Positions 37,960 through 47,503 of a stretch of DNA of 64,000 nucleotides are shown piece after piece. How positions within the stretch are numbered: the stretch's first letter is position 1; every line of letters starts with the position of its first letter. The translations under genes and the position numbers were made by a program. The notes under the pieces are model-generated. The model searched no databases. It was not told the DNA's origin and saw only the letters and a program-made list of their open reading frames with translations. The stretch lies in sequence record PQ015378.1; one strand, given 5' to 3'.

Positions 37960-38291
37960 TCGACATCCCAACCAATGCGGAACGCATCGCTCACAAATAT
38001 GAGCGCGAACTCGAAGTCGTCAGTGGTGGCTTGAACAACGCCATTAAGAACGATACCCTGCAGTCCAACTACAAAGATCACCGCTGGGTATCGTTTTATC
38101 TGCATGGGGATAACCGTCAACTGGACATCAGCGATGAGTTCTTTGACCATATCTCCAAGCTGTACCTCAAAGCAGGTTGGTTCCTGGAACGGCGTTATGG
38201 CGAAGAGACCACCGAAGATGAAGGTAAGCTCATTGCTATCGATTGCTTCGTTGCAAGTAAAAGCTCGGTCGATGCGGCCAACGCAGAATAA
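37953..38291 (+). CDS. hypothetical protein
   Basis: GAGGG RBS. Confidence 0.7.
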   Translation: MVIDIPTNAERIAHKYERELEVVSGGLNNAIKNDTLQSNYKDHRWVSFYLHGDNRQLDISDEFFDHISKLYLKAGWFLERRYGEETTEDEGKLIAIDCFVASKSSVDAANAE

Positions 38292-38312
38292 TACTCACCG
38301 TGCAATAGTATG
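38287..38312 (+). promoter_or_regulatory. middle-type promoter overlapping a stop codon
   Basis: AATAATACT-N8-AATAGTATG matches six - strand copies. Confidence 0.7.
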
Positions 38313-38314
38313 TA

Positions 38315-38428
38315 AAACGAACCGGAGTGCAGCGGAACATCTCCCAGCTTAAGCTTACCCGTCAGCCAGCTGGTGCCGGGTGCACTCCACCTATTTATAG
38401 AGCCAGACTTCGAGTCTGGTTTTATGCC
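38315..38428 (+). ncRNA. stand-alone ~100-nt structured sRNA
   Basis: no ORF between promoter and terminator; GGAGTGCA/TGCACTCC outer helix and CCAGCT/AGCTGG inner helix; ends in CCAGAC-TTCG-A-GTCTGG-TTTT. Confidence 0.6.
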
Positions 38429-38445
38429 GTCTTAAGGAGACAGCT

Positions 38446-38679
38446 ATGACTACCGAAACCAAAAAGCCGTCGTACTGGGCCAAAGTATTCAAAGAGATCG
38501 GCATGGTCTGTTTGGTGGTGCTGGGCTATCACTTGTTCAGCTGGGGTATCGAGATCCGCTACGGTCTGGAGGTGAAAGAGCCACAGACTTGGGGCTCGAT
38601 CATCGGCACGTTTTTCACCCTGATGGGTTTCTATATCCTGGGTAACGTCATGGTTGAGAAGTTCAAGGGGGACAAATGA
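38446..38679 (+). CDS. two-TM membrane protein
   Basis: AAGGAG RBS. Confidence 0.75.
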   Translation: MTTETKKPSYWAKVFKEIGMVCLVVLGYHLFSWGIEIRYGLEVKEPQTWGSIIGTFFTLMGFYILGNVMVEKFKGDK

Positions 38680-39416
38680 CTTACATTGTCAACGATGGAA
38701 AGACCATGATCGCCGACTGTTTGGTGGTCGAACGAAATACCGGCACCCGTACACTGGGTCGTCTCCCAACCCTAGAGAACGGTTACCTGGATCTGCACGG
38801 ACAGGCCAAGGGTGTAGACGTCTACTATAACGACTGCCACAAGATCATCTTCCATCCAACTGCCACCCATGAAGGCAAGCGGATCAAAACGATGGCCTTT
38901 GCTGGTTCTGTTGGTAACGTCTGGGACCTGCTGAATGCCCTGGACGCAGGGGTTGACCTGGCCGACTGGTTCAAGGTCGAAGTTAACATCCAGCCTGTCG
39001 AAGAACGTCGGTTGTTCAACGGTGAGACGTCGATGATGTTTACCTTGGAGGATGGCGAGATTTTCATCGCTCGTCTCCGTGGTAAGTCCATCGACCTCAG
39101 TAACATGCGCTGGGCTCACCTGGGCAGTGGCATTGATGCAGTTAACAGTGCGAACGAGTTCATCCCCAATCGCTTCAAAGGGGAAAACACTGAACTGACT
39201 GCGTTGGAAGCTTTCGCTATTGCGTGCGCTCACACCAACAACGTCAGTCGTAAGTTCGACTACTTCATCCATGCTACGGGTGAATACAAGCAGAACCAGG
39301 AACTATCCACCAAACAACTCAAGTGGATCCTGGCCCGTGTACAGAAGCGTATGGATCTTACCCGGATCTATAAAGACATCCAATACGCCAATAACATCTG
39401 GGGTGTAAAGAAATGA
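38676..39416 (+). CDS. hypothetical protein
   Basis: ATGA coupling; 246 aa. Confidence 0.75.
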   Translation: MTYIVNDGKTMIADCLVVERNTGTRTLGRLPTLENGYLDLHGQAKGVDVYYNDCHKIIFHPTATHEGKRIKTMAFAGSVGNVWDLLNALDAGVDLADWFKVEVNIQPVEERRLFNGETSMMFTLEDGEIFIARLRGKSIDLSNMRWAHLGSGIDAVNSANEFIPNRFKGENTELTALEAFAIACAHTNNVSRKFDYFIHATGEYKQNQELSTKQLKWILARVQKRMDLTRIYKDIQYANNIWGVKK

Positions 39417-39574
39417 CACTCTTCGGTGTGGGTCTGTTGGTCCTCCTGATCGGGATGGCCGCTTCTTCTCTTTGTCTCGCTATTGGTGGTTACCTGGCAG
39501 ACTACAAACAAGCATGGCGCTGGAACTTCACCATTATGGGTGTTGGGGCCATGCTCATGATCGTGGGGCACTAA
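39413..39574 (+). CDS. 53-aa membrane protein
   Basis: read manually: MTLFGVGLLVLLIGMA...; ATGA coupling. Confidence 0.6.
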   Translation: MTLFGVGLLVLLIGMAASSLCLAIGGYLADYKQAWRWNFTIMGVGAMLMIVGH

Positions 39575-39718
39575 ATGGACAATCCCTTACAGGAGCGAAT
39601 GTTTCGTCGTCAGAAAGCTCGTCGGCTCGACACCGCTCAACGTTTTGTCATGAAGGCGTTCATTACCTTCGTGGTTCTCTTTTCTCTCTACGAATTAGGG
39701 GTAGCTTTAAGTGGCTGA
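39575..39718 (+). CDS. 47-aa membrane protein
   Basis: read manually: MDNPLQERMF...LSG. Confidence 0.5.
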   Translation: MDNPLQERMFRRQKARRLDTAQRFVMKAFITFVVLFSLYELGVALSG

Positions 39719-40037
39719 ATATATCGTCATCGGTTTCATAGCAGAGGTTGTCATTCTCTGGCTCGGCATGCACGCTTGGCGTTGGCGTATCTCGAAGACC
39801 TATGTCAAGAGCGAAGCTGTAATTGCTGAACTGATCTGCGATCAGCCGAACTGGGCAAAACCACTGCTTCGCCAATCGCTGGAAGCCAAAGACTGGCAGA
39901 AGCATTACAACACAATGACCATCCACCACAAGCGCGCTTGGCCGATCATTGTGACAGCATCGATTATCTTCCTGGTCAGTATACTGGCTATGATCGGTGC
40001 CATCATCGGTGATGTCATGGGTTGGATCACGCTGTAA
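39711..40037 (+). CDS. two-TM membrane protein
   Basis: GTG start; two TMs. Confidence 0.65.
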   Translation: MAEYIVIGFIAEVVILWLGMHAWRWRISKTYVKSEAVIAELICDQPNWAKPLLRQSLEAKDWQKHYNTMTIHHKRAWPIIVTASIIFLVSILAMIGAIIGDVMGWITL

Positions 40038-40044
40038 CGCATCC

Positions 40045-40063
40045 AATCTCAGATCTATATTAC
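40045..40063 (+). promoter_or_regulatory. phiKZ-type early promoter
   Basis: AATCTCAGATCTATATTAC, identical to 16174-16192. Confidence 0.8.
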
Positions 40064-40104
40064 GTTAGTGCAATAACCCCCAATCCCACAAAAGGAATCC
40101 TGCA

Positions 40105-40278
40105 ATGCAACTTGAATCCACCCGCATGTACACCCTGGAAATCAAAGACCTGAACGGCAACGAAGTCACCACCGTTACCCAACAGGGCATGGAAATCAAC
40201 GCGATGTATCCTGGCCTGGTCGTCGGTCAAACTGTCCGCGACTACAAGATGTTCATCGTCGTTCCGTTCGGAGCCTAA
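40105..40278 (+). CDS. 57-aa early protein
   Basis: AAGGA RBS; read manually, MQLESTRMYTLEIK... Confidence 0.65.
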   Translation: MQLESTRMYTLEIKDLNGNEVTTVTQQGMEINAMYPGLVVGQTVRDYKMFIVVPFGA

Positions 40279-40280
40279 GT

Positions 40281-40796
40281 ATGGCACGCTTGAAAGAGCT
40301 GGCCGCTGTCTACGCGGATGAAGACAAATGCATCCCTCTCGAATATTTCACCCCAACAGGTGAAATCATCCGTGGTGTGGTGCAGCGTGTACTGGATAAC
40401 GATGTGTGTCTTGTCGTCACTCAGTATGTTGACCAAGCAATGACTGTGAAAGTTGAGACTCATGACTTCGCTGGTCCGGCTCGCCCAGGTACGTGGTGTT
40501 TGTCACGCACTGCAAATGCGATGCACGCTTCTCTGGGGGATCCTAAGTTCAGTGAGATCACGGCAAAAAGCCAGCAGATCGTTGAGCTGACCTGGGGTGT
40601 GATGAACCAGTTCTTCACTCCGAAGCTTGCAACGTTCAAGTCGTGGGATGGCCATGATCTTCTGAATGTTGCTGGTTTCATCCAGTTGTCGGAAGGTACC
40701 GTTGATCGTTCTGGGTTCATCATTCGAACCGATGGCACGCCACCAGAGTTCGTGAAGTTCCTGTCGAAAACCGCGGTACTGACTTACTTCAAGTAA
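40281..40796 (+). CDS. hypothetical protein
   Basis: GGAG RBS. Confidence 0.7.
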   Translation: MARLKELAAVYADEDKCIPLEYFTPTGEIIRGVVQRVLDNDVCLVVTQYVDQAMTVKVETHDFAGPARPGTWCLSRTANAMHASLGDPKFSEITAKSQQIVELTWGVMNQFFTPKLATFKSWDGHDLLNVAGFIQLSEGTVDRSGFIIRTDGTPPEFVKFLSKTAVLTYFK

Positions 40797-40800
40797 GACG

Positions 40801-40847
40801 GCATAAAGCCTCCACCTTCGGGTGGAGGCAATATGTTATTTTTTTTG
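40801..40847. terminator. terminator at the strand-switch point
   Basis: GCCTCCACC-TTCG-GGTGGAGGC plus T-tract; convergent gene blocks. Confidence 0.85.
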
Positions 40848-42713
40848 TTACAGGATTTCCATCCGCTTCGCCCACTGAGCAACGTCTTCGCGTTCGGTTG
40901 CCAGTTTACGAATCACTCGCACGAACAGCTTCTCGTGCTGTGGATGTTTGCGGAAGACCATGCCGCCAGGGCCGGTCAGTGTCAGGTAACCCGACAGAGG
41001 GATGGCGATTGGGAAATCGTCACCTGGCTCTTTCAGTATCGGGTCGAGGTAAGCCAGAGCTTCTGGATAGTTCAGGCGAGTCCACGCTTGCTCCAGGAGA
41101 TCCCACAGAGCGTGCGGCACTTGACCCTGATCGAGTTCCATGAAGTTCAGCTCGTCGAGCTTCGCACGAACGACCTTGGTCTTGTCACCGAAACGCTTGA
41201 TGAATGCTTCGTTGTTGTCGTAGACATTCGACGACACGTGACCTGGGAAGTCGATGTTCTCGTCCAACAGTTTCATCAGCTCGTTACGGAATGGTACGTA
41301 ACCATTATCGATTGGAGCAACACACCAGCTGGCTGACGGGTACACCTTCGTGCAGAACTCTTCGTCAGTGACGTCGATGAACTGAATGGAGTACTGACCA
41401 TCGGCATGACGGATCAGGTGAGCCCCGTTCAGGTCTTCCTGATTGTTCAGCGAACGCTTTTGTTGCACCGGCATGGTCAGGGAGGTGGTCAAAGCGCTTT
41501 TGACATCAGCCAGGATTTCCTCACCGTTTTCCAGGCCTTCGGGCAGTAACTCAGGAGTGATCGTACGCTCGACGATCTCAGCCACGCCGTCTTTGATCCG
41601 TACTTCAGTAGTCCAGGACTTGCCTTCAGCTGGATCTACTGCCAGAGGGAAAGCTTTCTTGGCAGCTTCGGTGATGATCGACTGGATAGCTGCCACGGTT
41701 GCTTCCGGATCAGGATCTTTCGGATCCAGTGTCAGGATGAGCTGCTTGCGTGGTTGGTGGTGTGCATGGAAGGCATCGGTCACGTAATGATCGAGTTCCA
41801 TACGAACGTTGATGTCCGCTTTCGGGAACTGATCTTCGATGTGCTGCACTGTCAGGATCGGATTCGAATCCACGTTGGACAGAATCAGATCGATCTTGGT
41901 ACGACCGTCACGCCATGGGCGACCGGAACCTTCTACGTCGTGGCAGTCACCAGGGCAGCATGGGTCCTCACCTGGATCACCGAGGTCTTCACCTTCAGCG
42001 AAGTCTTCGCCACCTTCACCAAATTCCGGCTCATCGGCGTCGTCACCGTAATCACAGCACATGCCGCAATTACAGAGCTCGGCTTCATCGATCTCTTCAA
42101 TCGGTTCTTCAGCTGGGATTTCGTCAGGAGCAACAGGACGACCGGCAGCGTACGCTTCGACGATCTGTTCGGCTACAGCATCTACCTCAGCAGCACCGAC
42201 ACGATCGGTATGCCAGCGGGATTCCACACCGGTTACAACGAACAGTGCGTTCTTCTCTGGTTCTTTCGGAGAGCGCTCATGTGGCAACAGGGTGGTGTCA
42301 GCGATGTTCAGCTTGGCACGGTAGCCCTGGAGCTTCAACAGCTCCGCCAGCGCCTTGGCGGTGGCTTCCGCGCCGGAGTTTTCTTTGAAGCCGGTGATGG
42401 TCACGTAGATCGAGTTCTCGTCTACTTCGGAAACCTCTTGTACGGTTTCCTTCAGAACGTTGGTACGCAGCTTTTGCGCGGTACCGCAGATCTTGGCATC
42501 AGGGTTGTTGATGATGTCTTGGTATTCTTTCCAACCAGTGACATCGATCGAGAAGAGATGTTGGAACAGATGCGCAGCAGCGACATTAGCGTCGTGATGC
42601 GAAATGTCCAGGCGGTCCATCAGTGGGACAGCGATGTTGCAGAACCAGGACCAAGCCCACGGCTGATCTTCAGCCAGGCCATTGCGGAATTTGTCGAATA
42701 CAGTTTCACCCAT
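40848..42713 (-). CDS. large acidic multi-module hypothetical protein
   Basis: 621 aa with GAGG RBS; acidic Cys-rich linker. Confidence 0.8.
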   Translation of the reverse strand: MGETVFDKFRNGLAEDQPWAWSWFCNIAVPLMDRLDISHHDANVAAAHLFQHLFSIDVTGWKEYQDIINNPDAKICGTAQKLRTNVLKETVQEVSEVDENSIYVTITGFKENSGAEATAKALAELLKLQGYRAKLNIADTTLLPHERSPKEPEKNALFVVTGVESRWHTDRVGAAEVDAVAEQIVEAYAAGRPVAPDEIPAEEPIEEIDEAELCNCGMCCDYGDDADEPEFGEGGEDFAEGEDLGDPGEDPCCPGDCHDVEGSGRPWRDGRTKIDLILSNVDSNPILTVQHIEDQFPKADINVRMELDHYVTDAFHAHHQPRKQLILTLDPKDPDPEATVAAIQSIITEAAKKAFPLAVDPAEGKSWTTEVRIKDGVAEIVERTITPELLPEGLENGEEILADVKSALTTSLTMPVQQKRSLNNQEDLNGAHLIRHADGQYSIQFIDVTDEEFCTKVYPSASWCVAPIDNGYVPFRNELMKLLDENIDFPGHVSSNVYDNNEAFIKRFGDKTKVVRAKLDELNFMELDQGQVPHALWDLLEQAWTRLNYPEALAYLDPILKEPGDDFPIAIPLSGYLTLTGPGGMVFRKHPQHEKLFVRVIRKLATEREDVAQWAKRMEIL

Positions 42714-42721
42714 GGTGCACC

Positions 42722-43129
42722 TCAGATTGCTTGCCAGAAGCCATTGGAAAGTTTGACGACACCCATGGTCTCGCCCTGTTGAATTACTTGCTCGGTCTGC
42801 TTGGTAACCATGACCTTCTCGCCGTCACGCAGGCGAGCCATCACAGTGCAGTTGTAGATCTTGTTTCCGGAGGCACCGTAAGCAGCGCCACCCAGACCAC
42901 CGGCGATAGCACCGATGGACTTACCCGATTTCCCGAACAACGAACCGACCAGCGCACCACCGGCAGTGCCCAAGGCGCCCCCGACGAGACCACCGACCAT
43001 GGATTCGTTTTGACCCACTTGTACACAGTTCGCACCTTCAACGTACGCCGACTGTTGGTCGACGATTTGGTTGGCATGCGCAGCCGTTGCCACCAGAAAG
43101 GCGAGAGCGAAAGCGAGACTCTTTTTCAT
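42722..43129 (-). CDS. exported glycine-zipper 2TM protein
   Basis: signal peptide plus GGLVGGALGTAGGALVG / GAIAGGLGGAAYG. Confidence 0.8.
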   Translation of the reverse strand: MKKSLAFALAFLVATAAHANQIVDQQSAYVEGANCVQVGQNESMVGGLVGGALGTAGGALVGSLFGKSGKSIGAIAGGLGGAAYGASGNKIYNCTVMARLRDGEKVMVTKQTEQVIQQGETMGVVKLSNGFWQAI

Positions 43130-43138
43130 TGCGGTTTC

Positions 43139-44098
43139 CTATTTACGTTTTGCGACGAGAGATACGGTGATGTTGCGACCGAGTTCGATCACAGCGACGT
43201 TCACCGATTTGATTGGGAGGTAGTACGATACCGAGACAGAGAACTTCAGATCATTCAGCTCCTGAGTTAATTTCTTCTCGATCTCGTATTGGATCGCGTA
43301 CAGGGCAGCTTCGTCTGGAAGACGATCTTCGATAGCCAGGTAGGTATCCACCAGCGCTGTGGTAGCAATCGTGGTCATCTTTGTATAGATCCGATTGCGC
43401 TCTGGATCTTGCCCATCTTCTTCGGTACCGATGACAACTTCCGCCGGTAGCTCCGCGACTGGGTCCTCGATTATCTTCTCCATATACTCAAGTGTAACTT
43501 GGTATCCTTCGCTAACGTCCTCTACGGACGCCGTGTAGGCGATATCGCGACCATGACTGATCGTGAGTGACACTTCGAACGAATCGCGCTGGAATCGATT
43601 CTGAAGAGCTTCCAGCATACGTTCCTCCCACAGCTCGATGAACTCCGACGAATTGATCGCAGGATCACCAGCCAGGAGATTAAAGTGATGGTCACCGAAC
43701 TCGTAGACCGCATCTTCGAAAGCGAAGCGCGGCCAGCTCGATTGCTCTACCAGTTTCCAGGTATCCACTGGCGGAGTCATGTTGTCATGGATCTCGCCAC
43801 GAGTGCAACGAACACGGACACAGTGCACATGCATGATCTCGTTGATCATGAACGACACGGCGTATTCGTAGGTAGTGGTCATCCACTCGTGTACGTCACG
43901 ACGAATGTAAGCCTCGACGTTCAGCTGGCCTTCCGGCAATACCTCACGGATGGTAGAAGCCATGCGCCCCTCCATGTAAATGAGGGACTGGTGCTCACCC
44001 AGGTAAACGGCTTTGGCAACGTTGGACAGGATATCCACCGCGTTGTCATTGATACACTCTACAACTTGTCTCAGCTGAGACTTGCGAACGGTCGACAT
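43139..44098 (-). CDS. hypothetical protein
   Basis: AGGAG RBS; 319 aa. Confidence 0.75.
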   Translation of the reverse strand: MSTVRKSQLRQVVECINDNAVDILSNVAKAVYLGEHQSLIYMEGRMASTIREVLPEGQLNVEAYIRRDVHEWMTTTYEYAVSFMINEIMHVHCVRVRCTRGEIHDNMTPPVDTWKLVEQSSWPRFAFEDAVYEFGDHHFNLLAGDPAINSSEFIELWEERMLEALQNRFQRDSFEVSLTISHGRDIAYTASVEDVSEGYQVTLEYMEKIIEDPVAELPAEVVIGTEEDGQDPERNRIYTKMTTIATTALVDTYLAIEDRLPDEAALYAIQYEIEKKLTQELNDLKFSVSVSYYLPIKSVNVAVIELGRNITVSLVAKRK

Positions 44099-44580
44099 TT
44101 GTCTTCTCCTGTGTCCATGTGCATTTCGGATGGGATGAGGTCCAGTGCGATGACTTCCCGGCAGACGCGGTCAGCGTGTCGACCGTAACCATCGGTGAAC
44201 GTACGGGCCCCAGGGATGAACATACGTCCTTCCTCTAGTGCATCTCGAACGACTTCTCCGTAAGGGCCATATGGGATCAGTTGGAAAACGATCTTGTCAG
44301 CGTGGATCACTGGCTCGACCAGGCGGGCGCAAACACGTTCTTCGTCAATAGTGCGGAACCGACGCAAGCTTTCTTCCTCGTGCACGGTGTGGTGACGCGT
44401 CAGGGTTACAGCCACCCCGTCTTCGAGGCAACTGAGTACACGGCGGAACATCTTGGTTGCATCGTTCGGATGACCGAACTCGCAATAGATGCCATGTTTT
44501 TCGTGCTTCTTCCAGAACTCTTGGAAGCGCTCGGAGAAATCTCGCTGGCGCTTGGTCAGATCGATTGTCGTGTAGTACAT
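44071..44580 (-). CDS. hypothetical protein
   Basis: immediately downstream of rtcB. Confidence 0.75.
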   Translation of the reverse strand: MYYTTIDLTKRQRDFSERFQEFWKKHEKHGIYCEFGHPNDATKMFRRVLSCLEDGVAVTLTRHHTVHEEESLRRFRTIDEERVCARLVEPVIHADKIVFQLIPYGPYGEVVRDALEEGRMFIPGARTFTDGYGRHADRVCREVIALDLIPSEMHMDTGEDKCRPFASLS

Positions 44581-44582
44581 GG

Positions 44583-45848
44583 TTATCCCTTCACGCAGAG
44601 GACTTGTTTGAGAGTGTGGACGATGTCGACCAGTTCAGCCTGAGCTGCCATCACGTCATCGATGTTCTTGTAGGCCTTTGGAGTTTCGTCCAGTACGCCT
44701 TCATCCTTACGGCACTCGATACCTGCAGTGTCACGGATATGATCTTCCAGAGTGAAGGTACGCTCTGCCGCCTTACGGGACATGATACGACCTGCGCCGT
44801 GGGAGCACGAGCAGAAGGACTCACGGTTACCCTTACCACGCACGATGAACGACTTGGCACCCATCGACCCAGGGATGATCCCCAACGTACCTTCATGAGC
44901 CGCTACGGCGCCCTTACGGGTAACCAGTACGTTCTCACCGAAGTGACGTTCTTCGGACACGTAGTTGTGGTGACAGTTGATCGCTTCCATGTCGGTATCG
45001 ATCGGGAGACCCAGAGTGCGGTGGATGGCATCCAGGGTAGCATGCATCATCACGGTACGGTTCAGCGCTGCGAAGCGTTGGGCCCAGGTTACTGCTTCCA
45101 GGTAATCGTTGTAGTACTTCGATCCCTGAGGTAGATAAGCCAGGTCTTGGTCAGGCAGGTTGATAAAGAAGCGACGCATCTCTTCTTTAGCCATGTTGAT
45201 GAAATAAGTCCCGATAGCGTTACCGATACCACGTGAACCAGAGTGGAGCATTACCCACACACGTTGTTCTTCGTCCAGACAGAGTTCAACGAAGTGGTTG
45301 CCTGTCCCAAGAGTACCGATGTGATTCCAGGCACGGTTTGCGGCTTTGCCGAGTTTCGGGTGGCGAGCAACGATCTGGTCCAGATGCACGCGGAGCTTGG
45401 TAGCTTCATCACGAACTGCTTTGACTGGATGATCGAAGACTTTCACCGAACCCCATGCACCGCGGTCCATTGGACCACCGTTATCCGTACGACCATGCGG
45501 TACGGCCGCTTCGATAGCTGCGCGTACGTGCCCCAGGGAATCCGGCAGGTCTTCTGCGCGGGCGTTCAGACGATACGCAGCCATACCACAACCCAGATCA
45601 ACACCTACGGCGGCTGGGATGATCGCACCGACAGTGGAGATCACCGAACCGATGGTTGCACCTTTACCGACGTGAACGTCAGGCATTACTGCCAGGTGGG
45701 ACTTGATGAATGGCAGGGCAGCCAGGTTCTTCAGCTGTTTGATTGCGTCTGGTTCGACTGGTACGCCGACGGTCCAGGCTTTGATCGGCTTGGAACCTTG
45801 TTCTGGTTCACCACCGAGAATTTCGAAAGTGCGTTTCACTTGTTTCAT
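44583..45848 (-). CDS. rtcB: RtcB RNA ligase (3'-phosphate/2',3'-cyclic phosphate to 5'-OH)
   Basis: MPDVH, GVDLGCG, GTLGTGNHF, HSGSRG, HHNY, RKGA, PGSMG, SHGAGR, DETPKAYK motifs. Confidence 0.96.
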   Translation of the reverse strand: MKQVKRTFEILGGEPEQGSKPIKAWTVGVPVEPDAIKQLKNLAALPFIKSHLAVMPDVHVGKGATIGSVISTVGAIIPAAVGVDLGCGMAAYRLNARAEDLPDSLGHVRAAIEAAVPHGRTDNGGPMDRGAWGSVKVFDHPVKAVRDEATKLRVHLDQIVARHPKLGKAANRAWNHIGTLGTGNHFVELCLDEEQRVWVMLHSGSRGIGNAIGTYFINMAKEEMRRFFINLPDQDLAYLPQGSKYYNDYLEAVTWAQRFAALNRTVMMHATLDAIHRTLGLPIDTDMEAINCHHNYVSEERHFGENVLVTRKGAVAAHEGTLGIIPGSMGAKSFIVRGKGNRESFCSCSHGAGRIMSRKAAERTFTLEDHIRDTAGIECRKDEGVLDETPKAYKNIDDVMAAQAELVDIVHTLKQVLCVKG

Positions 45849-45875
45849 ACAAACCTCACACGGATGGAATTGAGA

Positions 45876-46217
45876 TTAAGCGCGTTTTACAAAACCGAAA
45901 CTGAGCACGTAACGTGTGCCTTTAGTCACGGTAGTTACACTGTGTGTTGCGATGTCTGGTCGGAACAGAGTAAAGAACCGATTGCTGATGATTACTTCAT
46001 CATGCTCCGGGACACCACCAGCTTTCGCATTCCACAGGTAGATGTTCAGACGGTAGTGTCGATGGTTTGGCGCAGGATCACGATGTCGTGGAATACCTGA
46101 ACCTACGGGATAACGCAGCAGGTACAGATCCCACTTAAACCGACTGAAGAACTTCCAACGATTCAGAAGCTCTAACTTTTCATAGCCGGTACCTTGACGG
46201 CCAGCTTCCCATTTCAT
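45876..46217 (-). CDS. minimal 2OG-Fe(II) oxygenase
   Basis: LLRYPVGSGIPRHRD (HxD), THSV (distal His), TRYVLS (2OG-binding Arg). Confidence 0.8.
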   Translation of the reverse strand: MKWEAGRQGTGYEKLELLNRWKFFSRFKWDLYLLRYPVGSGIPRHRDPAPNHRHYRLNIYLWNAKAGGVPEHDEVIISNRFFTLFRPDIATHSVTTVTKGTRYVLSFGFVKRA

Positions 46218-46229
46218 CGAACACCTCCG

Positions 46230-46595
46230 TTAGTTATTGCGTGGGTGGTACAGATCGTTCAGTACCCAACCCCATTGGCCGATGAATTCCAGTTCTGGAT
46301 ATTTCAGGCTCGGTCGTTGGATAGCCCGACTGTTATTGTGGTTGTGGATAACGTCACGCATTTGAGAACCGTAATGCATCCACGACAGATGTAGACGACC
46401 CATGATGTCTGGATCCGCCTCTATCAGCATGTTCTGGTAGAGCTCGTACTCCACTTCATGCTGTGCCAGAAACTCGACCGTTTGAATATGGCCCATGTGT
46501 ACTGAAGGAGACTTACGAGAAGTCTCGGATTCGAGCATATCGAAATGCCGCTCACGATTGATCAGAAGCAACTTGCGGTCGAAATCAGAAAGCAT
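46230..46595 (-). CDS. hypothetical protein
   Basis: GGAG RBS. Confidence 0.7.
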   Translation of the reverse strand: MLSDFDRKLLLINRERHFDMLESETSRKSPSVHMGHIQTVEFLAQHEVEYELYQNMLIEADPDIMGRLHLSWMHYGSQMRDVIHNHNNSRAIQRPSLKYPELEFIGQWGWVLNDLYHPRNN

Positions 46596-46609
46596 GTGGA
46601 CTCCGTATA

Positions 46610-47125
46610 TCAGTTGGCTGGTACGTCAATTTCTTCACATGGTACCAGGGGAAGGGTTTCTTCCATGTCGTTGATGGCTTTGGTGATCGCCTCGTCAATG
46701 TACAGGAACTGGACAAATCGGTGATACTGGGATACCTTACCGGAGTCAATGTAGTTCATGTAGTGGTGACAGCCTTCGAACATACGCTCGAAGAACAGCT
46801 CCACCGTGCGGTGGAACAAGTCGATGTGTTCGCGTGTCATGTTTGCACCGCGAACGATGACCATCGAGTTATCTTTGTTCAGTTTGTGCTCTTCACGAAT
46901 TTGTGCTTCCGCTTTACGGAATGCATCGTGCAGATCCAGGAAACCTTCTTTACGTTCCTCACCCCAGATGCGATCGAACACCAGTGCGCCGAGGACCACG
47001 TGGTGATCGAGTTCTTCGGTGGTCAGTGTGCTACCGAGCTCCAGGGATTTGGAGCACAGGGGAACCCCGAGTTGATCTTTCAGTTCAGGGGTGAGGAATT
47101 TACCGTACTGCTTGAGATGCTTCAT
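46610..47125 (-). CDS. hypothetical protein
   Basis: AGG RBS. Confidence 0.7.
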   Translation of the reverse strand: MKHLKQYGKFLTPELKDQLGVPLCSKSLELGSTLTTEELDHHVVLGALVFDRIWGEERKEGFLDLHDAFRKAEAQIREEHKLNKDNSMVIVRGANMTREHIDLFHRTVELFFERMFEGCHHYMNYIDSGKVSQYHRFVQFLYIDEAITKAINDMEETLPLVPCEEIDVPAN

Positions 47126-47156
47126 TGTAAGTACCTGTTTGGAGTTGACGAAATAA

Positions 47157-47174
47157 GGGAGGCTTTCGCCTCCC
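47157..47174 (-). terminator. hairpin terminator
   Basis: GGGAGGC-GAAA-GCCTCCC-TTATTT on the - strand. Confidence 0.75.
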
Positions 47175-47179
47175 TTAAA

Positions 47180-47503
47180 TCAGGACCGACCCTTTAACTG
47201 CATGAAACGATGTAGATTCAGTAGAGCTTCAGTATCTACGCTTCCACGATCAACCATCTCCATTAACTGGGTGATGGTGACTTCCTCTGGTTCCCACTGA
47301 TCTTCCAAGCCGTAGCAGGAACAGTGAGATCCATGTACTTCGAAATACTTGCCATCCTTGTAGTACAGCACGTAAGAACTACCGGAGTAGTCCTCGTAAG
47401 TGTAGTCTGCATGGATAACATGAGCTCCGTCGAGATCGTTGGCCGCGTTTCCACGGTAGTTGCTGATTACATCGGACACATCAGAAAAATCGTTGTAAAA
47501 CAT
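47180..47503 (-). CDS. conserved-looking acidic phage protein (GSHCSCYG motif)
   Basis: YEDYSGSSYVLY...GSHCSCYGLEDQWEPEE; own promoter at 47573-47600. Confidence 0.7.
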   Translation of the reverse strand: MFYNDFSDVSDVISNYRGNAANDLDGAHVIHADYTYEDYSGSSYVLYYKDGKYFEVHGSHCSCYGLEDQWEPEEVTITQLMEMVDRGSVDTEALLNLHRFMQLKGRS

